From assembly GCA_021650915.1 (NCBI GenBank), contig CP091279.1, positions 1,830,001 through 1,862,000 on the forward strand: DNA of 32,000 bases, in the 5' to 3' direction. This DNA comes from Candidatus Brocadia sp. Lineage in GTDB: Bacteria > Planctomycetota > Brocadiia > Brocadiales > Brocadiaceae. Of this stretch, positions 9,238-17,430 are shown piece after piece. Position 1 is the stretch's first letter. Each line of letters opens with the position of its first letter. The translations under genes and the position numbers were made by a program. A model generated the notes under the pieces. It made no database searches. It was not told the origin of the DNA and saw nothing but the letters and a program-made list of their open reading frames with translations.

Positions 9238-9444
9238 TACTATAACGCGTCTTATCTTGAGAATGCCAGGCCTGATATGTTTACGGCGATAGAAAAGAGG
9301 CTCAATGGTAAAACGACAAGTAAAGTAGAGCGCGTCATGCGTACGGTTAACCTGCGGGTGAATGTGAGCAAATGGAGTGTTACTGGGGCGCTGAACGTTA
9401 CCAAAATTCGGCTTGCCTATTACTACAACAGCTTTGATGCGTGA
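9238..9444 (+). pseudogene. Short C-terminal transposase remnant
   Basis: The frame reads ...MFTAIEKRLNGKTTSKVERVMRTVNLRVNVSKWSVTGALNVTKIRLAYYYNSFDA*, which resembles the conserved tail of several DDE transposase families. It is too short to assign. Confidence 0.3.
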
Positions 9445-9726
9445 CAACTATACATTGGAGGACTTTTCTCAGGTCTCCACTTGACAACGCTACTAAAAAA
9501 TTATGGCGTGCGCAGAAGGGTAACTCCAGTCGTCATGCGGGCTCCTTCCGTTCCCTTCTGCACACTGTTATTAATAAATTAATGCATTTAAATATTAACA
9601 AAGAATGGTCTTGACAAACCCGTCCACTTTACTTGTATATAATCCAATGGTCAGGATTCCACTTTAAAAAATCGAATATACACTATTGGAGGACGGTTTT
9701 AAAGCTTCGGTTGAGGCAGAGCCGCT

Positions 9727-11637
9727 CTAGGATGTCTGATTGACATTCGGGGGAAGTGCACCGCGATAATCTCCATAATCCTGACCTGGCCAATCCGTCG
9801 GTAGAGGTACAGCGCCGTCCGCGGCAGGGCCGTTAGGGTCAGGATAATAATTGCCGTCCAGATGAGGATCTGCTTCTACACCGGCGTCCTCAAAGCCACG
9901 GGAATAGTATTCCTTACTATCAGTAAAGCATTGTGATGCGCTAAACTCCGAAAGACTCCTAAAATTGCTCGTACTATTTCCATCTTCCCACAATCTGAGA
10001 AAATAATTTTGAGGATTCGCAGACTGACGATAGTAAATATTTCCATCATGGATTTGAGATCCATCTGATACTCTTACCCCTCTTGCGAGCCAATGATCCA
10101 TCGTTTGTATGATGATGTTGTTATAGACTTCCTGGGGATTATCGGGGTAAAAAGAACTCTCGGTATATTCATGCCCCGCACCTGCGTTATTCAACTCTTT
10201 ACCAAAGACAATGGTATTATTGTATATCTTCCAGGGATCACCTGTCCCATAGCCATTACCTTCATGCCTTGAAAAGGGACGTGCCCATACCATCCCGTCA
10301 CCATTCGGCCCATGATATTTCCTATTCAGTAAGTTGTTTGGATCATTCCTGCCACCTAACATCGACTTGCTACAATCAATAATGTTATGATGAATGTACT
10401 TTGTCCCAGGTTTAAGAGATGAGCCAGTTCCATGTCTGGAAGGGCCTTTTGAAACGAAGAGCATTTTGTTGTGATTTATTTCAATATCATAACACGCAGA
10501 CCCTAATTGAACCACATCATCCCTTGTTCCTTCAAACGTATTATGATGAATATGTAAATTAAATGCATTCCCTGCAACAATTCCATCCCAGGTTTTTCTA
10601 AATAGGCAATTTCTAACTTCGATATTGTTTGCTAAATTCTGAAAGTTTAGTGGCCCTCCTTGAAAACTCCCTCCAGGGCAGTTACCTATTTTCACATCGC
10701 TGTAAGCAATCCACGGTGGAACGTTATCGTTGACACTAATACCATCAAAAACAAGATCGTGAACATTGTCATGGATATAAACTGCTGCCCTACCACATGT
10801 TATACTAGAATTCGTTATGGAGATGTGATGTGACCCTGTTCTAAATTCAAGGGCGTTATTCTGATATCTTAAGTTAATGCCTACCATATCGACATAAGAA
10901 CATCCTTCTCCAAAAGTGATAACCTCATGACATGGGAAAATATACATCACTACAGAGCGGGGATCCATGTTTGATGGAATATTATAACCCATCGAAATCG
11001 CTTGACTACTGGGTTTTAAACGTATGTATATCCTTTCGTCAGTGCTATTCCAGAATATACCTGGGCCGATATAAATATCGCCAACGTTCGTATAATCTTC
11101 GTTATTGGCGCCAAGGTCATTGTATCGCCTGTAAGAAACAAGGCGATAATTACCGTCTTGTCTTCCAAAATATCCATGCACACCCATTGCATTATGATAA
11201 GTACGTACCGATCTATAGATACTTTTGCTAGAGTCGTATACCTCCCAATGTTTATTAGATGTTCTTCGAAAGTCCCTAAAACCACCATCAATAACAGGCA
11301 CCTCACTTTGATAATTCTTTATGAGAATTCTATTTGATGGAGTTCCCGAAACATTAATAGCAATCTGACTCTCATAGTAAGTTCCACCCCTGAGATAGAG
11401 TGTGTCTCCAGGCCGTAATTTAGCGATGCTCGTTTCTATAGTCCTCCAGGGAGAAGATAAGCTCCCGTTGTTTCGATCATTGCCGTTTGTTGCAACATAA
11501 TAGGTTGCTCCAAAGCATCTTTCGCCTGTCAATAAAAGAAGCGTTGCGGTTAAAGCTGCCAAAGAGATAAAAATGGTGGGAGTGGAAAGCGGAAAGTGTG
11601 GTTTTTTAAATATTTTTGAAATATGAGATAATAACAT
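9727..11637 (-). CDS. Secreted right-handed parallel beta-helix (pectate-lyase-fold) protein, paralog 1
   Basis: 636 aa. A signal-like hydrophobic N-terminus is followed by ATYYVATNGND..G....PWRTI...KLRPGDTLYLRGGTYY, then many beta-helix-like repeats (ITNSSI, VRNCLF, IHHNTF, INHNKM, IHHNII). It is near-identical to ORF 13964-15856. Confidence 0.8.
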   Translation of the reverse strand: MLLSHISKIFKKPHFPLSTPTIFISLAALTATLLLLTGERCFGATYYVATNGNDRNNGSLSSPWRTIETSIAKLRPGDTLYLRGGTYYESQIAINVSGTPSNRILIKNYQSEVPVIDGGFRDFRRTSNKHWEVYDSSKSIYRSVRTYHNAMGVHGYFGRQDGNYRLVSYRRYNDLGANNEDYTNVGDIYIGPGIFWNSTDERIYIRLKPSSQAISMGYNIPSNMDPRSVVMYIFPCHEVITFGEGCSYVDMVGINLRYQNNALEFRTGSHHISITNSSITCGRAAVYIHDNVHDLVFDGISVNDNVPPWIAYSDVKIGNCPGGSFQGGPLNFQNLANNIEVRNCLFRKTWDGIVAGNAFNLHIHHNTFEGTRDDVVQLGSACYDIEINHNKMLFVSKGPSRHGTGSSLKPGTKYIHHNIIDCSKSMLGGRNDPNNLLNRKYHGPNGDGMVWARPFSRHEGNGYGTGDPWKIYNNTIVFGKELNNAGAGHEYTESSFYPDNPQEVYNNIIIQTMDHWLARGVRVSDGSQIHDGNIYYRQSANPQNYFLRLWEDGNSTSNFRSLSEFSASQCFTDSKEYYSRGFEDAGVEADPHLDGNYYPDPNGPAADGAVPLPTDWPGQDYGDYRGALPPNVNQTS

Positions 11638-11699
11638 AACAGCACCTCCTTATAAAATTTGGCCGTAACAAACACCAGACCAACAAAGTGCTGTATTTG

Positions 11700-11785
11700 T
11701 CCGGCAACCCTGCGACCATGTCCTAAACAGGATTTAGGCCAGTAGCTTTGCGTCCCATCCTTTCGAATGGTTTGCCTTTTTCGGT
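11700..11785 (-). promoter_or_regulatory. c-di-GMP-I (GEMM-I) riboswitch aptamer in the leader of beta-helix paralog 1
   Basis: The minus-strand RNA is GGCAAACCAUUCGAAAGGAUGGGACGCAAAGCUACUGGCCUAAAUCCUGUUUAGGACAUGGUCGCAGGGUUGCC. It aligns almost block for block with the V. cholerae Vc2 aptamer (GGCAAACCAUUCGAAAGAGUGGGACGCAAAGCCUCCGGCC...GGUAGCGGGGUUACC). It lies about 60 nt upstream of the SD and ATG. Confidence 0.8.
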
Positions 11786-12000
11786 TTTTTATATGAACTT
11801 ATTTAATACATTTAAATCACATGTTAGTTAAGACATTCTAATACCTCCTTTCCAAAAAAAGACCCAAGTAAGAGTCAGCAACCACCCGCATAGCGGGTGG
11901 CTTGATTAGCCCCAAAAGGGTATTGTTACTGGCTCCCCTTAAGGGGTTACTTTTTAATTTTTCATGAACTTAATATACGCCTTTTCGATTTACAGCTTTA

Positions 12001-12312
12001 AATCTTTTCAACGTTCCTAAATTTCACCTTTAAACTATTGCCTTATAAGAATATTCTCTGCATCTTTGAGTACTTGTTCTTTGGTTTTATTGCAGACCTT
12101 TCCATAGCTCTTATCTGATTTTTGCTTTTTTTAATACCTATTTTTCAGAACTCCATACTCTTGAAATATTTTCGTACTTTTTTGAAACTTGTTTGCAAAA
12201 TCGATTCATACGAATAGCTTCTTTTGACTATATGACTTCTTCGATGATTTGTCGTATTAAATTGCTAAATACTACCGCATAACGGATGGTTTAGCTCAGG
12301 AATTAGTTTCTG
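12001..12312 (+). repeat. Non-coding repeat R, copy 1 (direct repeat of 13478-13807)
   Basis: About 310 nt align colinearly on the same strand with 13478-13807, with scattered substitutions and one ~24-nt indel. Only tiny ORFs are present, and they carry non-synonymous differences between the copies. Confidence 0.85.
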
Positions 12313-12340
12313 ACGCTTAGGTTTTGGTTAAACATCTATC

Positions 12341-12412
12341 ACATAACTTGGTAGCCCGGCAATCTTCTTTCAGAAGACCCATGACTTTGCGTCACAACCT
12401 CATGATTGGTTT
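12341..12412 (-). promoter_or_regulatory. Divergent orphan c-di-GMP-I-like aptamer
   Basis: The minus-strand RNA is GGUAAACCAAUCAUGAGGUUGUGACGCAAAGUCAUGGGUCUUCUGAAAGAAGAUUGCCGGGCUACC. It keeps the GACGCAAAG core and the GCCGGGCUACC 3' block. The first hairpin loop is not GNRA, and no ORF follows. Confidence 0.5.
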
Positions 12413-12747
12413 ACCTTTTTTCAAGTTTTTGTCTTATCAAAATTATAAATTTATATCACTAATAATTACGTTGTAGCCAATCTGCATCTCTGAACATCGG
12501 CGCTATTGTGAAATAGTTTAATATACATTGATTGATTTAGCCTCAAAAATTACTTTTTATTTAATTTCTCGTTTGTTTTGGAATAAAAAAGTTGTTTTTT
12601 ATTTTTTTTGTGTCTATTAATAGAAAGATCTCCGCCTTTCCCAAGACTACGTCTGTGAAAGGCGGCCATAAAGGGCAGTTGATTTTCTAAATGATTTCTC
12701 ATTATACTGGTATCAATATTTCGAGCACAACAATAGGGAGAAGTCAG

Positions 12748-13320
12748 ATGATAATACAGGACGAATTTTGTAAATACTACAAAGAGTCTCTTGAGGGCAC
12801 CTATGATTGTGTAGATCATATGATTCTCAATGCCTATTTTCCCTTGGCATAATCCAATGGTGGTTTTCGTACGTGATGGCGCATACTGATGCAAAACGAT
12901 GATACTCTTGACAACACCCATTTGATACGATTTGCTGGGAGATTTAGCCGAAGGATTCATGCCTATGCTAAAAAGAACGGTATCCCTCTGATTCATTGTC
13001 AACGTGACGAGTGTAAACATGAAATTGCCGAGCAGTATATTCCAGCAGAACCAACCTTTTGTAGTATATTTTGTATTCTGGTTGGTCGTGCGCCTGTATT
13101 TGAGGTAAAACGTTTTGCCAACGGTGGAATGGATATTACCAAAAAACCCCCATTCCTATGTGAATCAGTATTCGTTCCATATCATGGATCATGAATGGTG
13201 ACATCTGGTAATCAAACTCTGTCCGCATCCTCCGTTCACAGCGCAGATCATGTTGAATGGGCACGAGCACATGGCAATCCAGGCAAGGAAGGAGGTATTT
13301 CTTTCACCAAAGGAGCTAAA
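12748..13320 (+). pseudogene. Degenerate transposase-like gene remnant with multiple stops and frameshifts
   Basis: Pieced frames read MIIQDEFCKYYKESLEGTYDCVDHMILNAYFPLA*..GGFR.*W..DDTLDNTHLIRFAGRFSRRIHAYAKKNGIPLIHCQRDECKHEIAEQY...FHIMDHEW*HLVIKLCPHPPFTAQIMLNGHEHMAIQARKEGISFTKE. This resembles an N-terminal region of a transposase-like family I recall. It is truncated at the hairpin element. Confidence 0.45.
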
Positions 13321-13326
13321 GTAATA

Positions 13327-13477
13327 GTAACACTTTAGTTTTTTGAAAAATTACCATAATAACGATGTTGCCGCACGGTGTAGGGGCGAAGCATTTGCCA
13401 TACATTGGCATAAAGGTATTCACACCCCAAGCAGGCAAATGCTTCGCCCCTACCTTTTCAAAAAACTAAAGTGTTAC
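13327..13477. repeat. Nested inverted-repeat hairpin element, same family as 4656-4938
   Basis: Outer arms are GTAACACTTTAGTTTTTTGAAAA (13327-13349) and its reverse complement (13455-13477). Inner arms 13380-13399 and 13434-13453 are a perfect 20 bp. Confidence 0.85.
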
Positions 13478-13807
13478 AATCTTTTTAAAGTTCCTGAATT
13501 TCGCCTTTAAACTATTGCCTTATGAGAATATTCTCTGCATCTTTAAGTACTTGTTCTTTGGCTTTATTGCATACCTTTCCATCGTTCTTGTCTGATTTTG
13601 GCTTTTTTTAATACCTATTTTTCAGAATTCCATACTCTTGAAATATTTTCGTACTTTTTTGATGCTTGTTTGCAAAATCGATTCATACGAATAGCTTCTT
13701 TTGACTATATAACTTCTTCGATTATTTATCGTATTACATTGCTAAATACTGCAGCATAGCTTTTGCTATTCTCACCCGCATAGCGGGTAGTTTAGCTCAG
13801 GAATTAA
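13478..13807 (+). repeat. Non-coding repeat R, copy 2, directly upstream of the riboswitch of paralog 2
   Basis: It aligns with 12001-12312 on the same strand. It contains TTGACT (13701-13706), a 16-nt spacer and TATTTA as a possible rightward promoter. It ends with the hairpin CACCCGCATAGCGGGT plus AGTTTAGCTCAGGAATTA. Confidence 0.85.
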
Positions 13808-13814
13808 TCATCAA

Positions 13815-13905
13815 AACCCGAAAAGGCAAACCATCCGAAAGGGTGGGACGCAAAGCTACCGGCCTAAATCCTGTCTTAGGACATGGTAGCAGGGCTGCTG
13901 AGCAA
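13815..13905 (+). promoter_or_regulatory. c-di-GMP-I (GEMM-I) riboswitch aptamer in the leader of beta-helix paralog 2
   Basis: The RNA is GGCAAACCAUCCGAAAGGGUGGGACGCAAAGCUACCGGCCUAAAUCCUGUCUUAGGACAUGGUAGCAGGGCUGC. It has a GAAA tetraloop hairpin, the GACGCAAAGC core and an AGCAGGGCUGC 3' block as in Vc2. A weak hairpin plus U-run (UGCUGAGCAAAUCAGCACUUUUU) follows, then SD AAGGAGG and GTG 13964. Confidence 0.85.
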
Positions 13906-13963
13906 ATCAGCACTTTTTAGGCCTCGTGTTTGTTACGGTCAAATTTTATAAGGAGGTGTTATT

Positions 13964-15856
13964 GTGTTATTATCTCGTATTTCAAAAATATTTAAAAAAC
14001 CATACTTTTCACTTTCCACCATTTTTATCTCTTGGGCAGTTTTAGCCTCAACGCTTCTTCTATCAATAAGTGAAAAATGTTTCGGAGCAACCTATTATGT
14101 TGCAACAAATGGCAATGATCAAAACAGCGGGAGCTTATCTTCTCCCTGGAGGACTATAGAAACGAGCATCGCTAAATTACGGCCTGGAGACACACTCTAT
14201 CTCAGGGGTGGAACTTACTATGAGAGTCAGATTGCTATTAATGTTTCGGGAACTCCATCAAATAGAATTCTCATACAAAATTATTCAAATGAGGTACCTA
14301 CAATTGATGGTGGTTATATGGAATTCAGGGAGATACTCAATTCCGATTGGGAGTTGTATGATTCTACGAGAGGTATCTATAGATCAGTACGTACTTATTC
14401 TAATGCCGTGAGTGTGGATGGATATTTTGGGAGCCAAAACGGTAATTATCGCCTTGTTCCTTATGCAAGATACAGTAATCTTAGTTCGAGCAACGAGAAT
14501 TATACCCGGTCAGGTAGCATCTATATCGGCCCCGGTATATTCTGGAATAGCACTAACGAAAGGATATACATACGTTTAAAACCCAGTAGTCAAGCGATTT
14601 CGATGGGTTATAATATTCCATCAAACATGGATCCCCGTTCTGTAGTGATGTATATTTTCTCAAGTCACGAGGTTGTCACTTTTGGAGAAGGATGTTCTTA
14701 TGTCGATATGGTAGGCATTAATTTAAGATATCAGAATAACGCCCTTGAATTTAGAAATGGGTCACATCACATCTCTATAACGAATTCTAGTATAACATGT
14801 GGTAAGACAGCGATTTATACCCACAACAATGTTCACGATCTTGTTTTTGATGGTATTAGTGTCAATGATAACATCCCACCGTGGATTGCTTACAGCGATG
14901 TGAAAATAGGTAACTGCCCTGGAGGGAGTTTTCAAGGAGGGCCACTAAACTTTCAGAATTTAGCAAACAATATCGAAGTTAGAAATTGCCTATTTAGAAA
15001 AACCTGGGATGGAATTGTTGCAGGGAATGCATTTAATTTACATATTCATCATAATACGTTTGAAGGAACAAGGGATGATGTGGTTCAATTAGGGTCTGCG
15101 TGTTATGATATTGAAATAAATCACAACAAAATGCTCTTCGTTTCAAAAGGCCCTTCCAGACATGGAACTGGCTCATCTCTTAAACCTGGGACAAAGTACA
15201 TTCATCATAACATTATTGATTGTAGCAAGTCGATGTTAGGTGGCAGGAATGATCCAAACAACTTACTGAATAGGAAATATCATGGGCCGAATGGTGACGG
15301 GATGGTATGGGCACGTCCCTTTTCAAGGCATGAAGGTAATGGCTATGGGACAGCTGATCCCTGGAAGATATACAATAATACTATTGTCTTTGGTAAAGAG
15401 TTGAATAACGCAGGTGCGGGGCATGAATATACCGAGAGATCTTTTTACCCCAATAATCCCCAGGAAGTCTATAACAACATCATCATACAAACGATGGATC
15501 ATTGGCTTGCAAGAGGGATAAGAGTATCAGATGGATCCCAAATCCATGATGGAAATATTTACTATCGCCAGTTTGCGAATCCTCGAAATTATTTTCTCAG
15601 ATTGTGGGAAGATGGAAATAGTACGAGCAATTTTAGGAGTCTTTCGGAGTTTAGCGCATCGCAATGCTTTACTGATAGTAAGGAATACTATTCCCGTGGC
15701 TTTGAGGACGCCGGTGTAGAAGCAGATCCTCATCTGGACGGCAATTATTATCCTGACCCTAACGGCCCTGCCGCGGACGGCGCTGTACCTCTACCGACGG
15801 ATTGGCCAGGTCAGGATTATGGGGATTATCGTGGTGCATTACCTCCTCTAAACTAA
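13964..15856 (+). CDS. Secreted right-handed parallel beta-helix (pectate-lyase-fold) protein, paralog 2
   Basis: 630 aa with the same architecture as 9727-11637. The C-terminal two thirds are nearly identical at nucleotide level. A divergent patch lies at about residues 105-190. Confidence 0.8.
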   Translation: MLLSRISKIFKKPYFSLSTIFISWAVLASTLLLSISEKCFGATYYVATNGNDQNSGSLSSPWRTIETSIAKLRPGDTLYLRGGTYYESQIAINVSGTPSNRILIQNYSNEVPTIDGGYMEFREILNSDWELYDSTRGIYRSVRTYSNAVSVDGYFGSQNGNYRLVPYARYSNLSSSNENYTRSGSIYIGPGIFWNSTNERIYIRLKPSSQAISMGYNIPSNMDPRSVVMYIFSSHEVVTFGEGCSYVDMVGINLRYQNNALEFRNGSHHISITNSSITCGKTAIYTHNNVHDLVFDGISVNDNIPPWIAYSDVKIGNCPGGSFQGGPLNFQNLANNIEVRNCLFRKTWDGIVAGNAFNLHIHHNTFEGTRDDVVQLGSACYDIEINHNKMLFVSKGPSRHGTGSSLKPGTKYIHHNIIDCSKSMLGGRNDPNNLLNRKYHGPNGDGMVWARPFSRHEGNGYGTADPWKIYNNTIVFGKELNNAGAGHEYTERSFYPNNPQEVYNNIIIQTMDHWLARGIRVSDGSQIHDGNIYYRQFANPRNYFLRLWEDGNSTSNFRSLSEFSASQCFTDSKEYYSRGFEDAGVEADPHLDGNYYPDPNGPAADGAVPLPTDWPGQDYGDYRGALPPLN

Positions 15857-15931
15857 CCCGACTTTCGCAATTCGAGGAGTATGCAACCGGCTGAGCCAGG
15901 AAAATCAAGGGGTCATGTAAAAAGGTCGGCA

Positions 15932-16352
15932 CTACAGGCCGACCTGTCCGGATGCGTAAACCTTGGGCGGCGGTTGTTCAGGAAGCGTTAGTCCCAGCTG
16001 CGCCAAAAGGAGGGCAACATCCTTCTCCGGCTGGGTATAACGGCTCATGACAATATGACGGCCATCCGTGGTCGGTAAATGAACGTCTATCATTTGAATG
16101 CCCGGCAGTTTTTTCAAAATCGCTTCCGACGTCAGCCCGACGGCTCTCCCCCGCGCAAGATTGCGCAACGTCGTGTGGAGACAAAAAACCAAAAAGGAAA
16201 TAAAGATATGGGCTTCAATTCTCCGTTCCAGTTGGTGCCATAGGGGGCGGAGGGAAAGCGATCCTTTCAAGTCCTTAAATGCCTGTTCTGTCCGCGTCAA
16301 CAGCAAATAATTTTCCCAGACGGTTTCTGGCGCGGCGGCCTGCATGTTGGAG
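15932..16352 (-). pseudogene. C-terminal fragment of IS1634/IS4-like transposase X, interrupted by element 16353-24503
   Basis: Sequence ..SNMQAAAPETVWENYLLLTRTEQAFKDLKGSLSLRPLWHQLERRIEAHIFISFLVFCLH..TDGRHIVMSRYTQPEKD carries the Y..R...E......K-type C-terminal DDE motif region. The first residues of the listed ORF come from the inserted element's end. Confidence 0.7.
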
Positions 16353-16489
16353 CGGATGTTCACCCCAAGCAAAACACGTAAGTATTTAATATATTGGTAG
16401 TTAGTGTGGTTTTGTCGGCAATTATGTAGTCACTAATATATTGTTATTATTCAATAATATGCTTGAAATGTTGAATAATATAGTATATT

Positions 16490-17430
16490 ATGGTGGACAT
16501 GCATATTGTGGAAAATAAATCAAAATCCGGTAAAAAAATCTATCGCTCCATTCTTTTGCGGGAATCGTATCGGGAAGGCGGAAAGGTCAGGAAGCGTACC
16601 ATTGCAAATCTGTCGAACTGCACATCGCAGGAGATAGAAGCGATAAAGCTTGCCCTTAGCCATAAAGAGGATCTCGGTGCATTGGGCGCACTCTCAGAGG
16701 TGGAACTCCAGGAGGGGATGTCCGTGGGGGCGATCTGGGGTGTGTATCAGGTGGCAAAGGAATTAGGGATAGAGGAGGCGTTGGGGAAGGATTTTCAGGG
16801 GAGACTGGCGCTGTGGCAGGTAATGGCGCGGGTGATAAATCAGGGGTCAAGACTCTCGGCGGTAAGGCTGGCGCAGGTGCATGCGGCGGGTGATGTGCTG
16901 GGTATGAAGCGGGGGTTCGACGAAAATGATCTCTACGATAATTTATCGTGGTTATCGGAGCATCAGGCAAAGATAGAGCGAACGTTGTTTGATGCAAGAC
17001 GGGCAGGCAAAAAGCCGAAGCTGTTTCTGTATGACGTGACGAGCAGTTATGTGGAGGGGGAGTTAAATCATTTTGGTGAGTACGGGTATAATCGTGACGG
17101 CAAGAAGGGGAAGAAGCAGATCGTGATTGGTATGCTGTGTGATGAATTTGGGGAGCCGGTGTCCACGGAGGTATTTCGGGGCAATACCCAGGACCCAAAG
17201 ACCTTTGAGTCTCAGGTAAAGAAGACGGCAGAACGGTTTGGGTGCACCGGGGTGACCATGGTAGGTGATCGGGGGATGATCAAGACGATGCAAATCGAAT
17301 GTTTGCCGGAAGGATTTCATTACATAACGGCGATAACCAAGCCGCAGATCGAGTCGTTGATAAAACAAGGGATTCTGCAGTTAGGGCTGTTTGAAGAAAA
17401 GCTCTGCGAGATAAAGAGTGAGGGGATTCG
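16490..17430 (+). pseudogene. IS1634-family transposase, N-terminal ~314 aa, cut by IS 17431-19490
   Basis: Motifs are KSGKKIYRSILLRESYREGGKVRKRTIANLS and the first DDE region LFLYDVTSSYVEGE. The region NRDGKKGKKQIVIGML..MVGDRGM follows. The listed ORF tail (YRACA*) is IS-derived. Confidence 0.7.

Noticed and set aside
9612-9645. Good sigma70-like promoter (TTGACA ... TATAAT) on the plus strand pointing into the 3' end of paralog 1 (antisense)
   Set aside because: The spacing is ambiguous (17-21 nt depending on the -10 choice). No downstream plus-strand ORF exists. It may belong to the adjacent transposase debris.
11828-11850. Strong SD (AAGGAGGT) followed by a 2-codon mini-ORF (ATG TCT TAA) on the minus strand in the leader of paralog 1
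   Set aside because: It is present only in the copy-1-specific spacer and is too short to evaluate. It could be a relic of a truncated gene start. Noted but not called.
12550-13020. 156-aa minus-strand ORF between the paralogs
   Set aside because: It overlaps the plus-strand transposase-like relic, which has recognisable conserved segments. The minus ORF has no motifs and an AT-rich, low-complexity start.
12001-13807. Possibility that the R repeats and hairpins are a CRISPR array or a tandem-repeat locus
   Set aside because: There are only two long (~320 nt) copies separated by 1.2 kb. There is no short regularly spaced repeat-spacer pattern and no cas genes.
16656-17198. Pro-rich 180-aa minus ORF, with similar Pro/Ser-rich antisense ORFs at 18524-19087 and 26310-27062
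   Set aside because: All are antisense to recognisable transposase genes, with extreme low-complexity composition.
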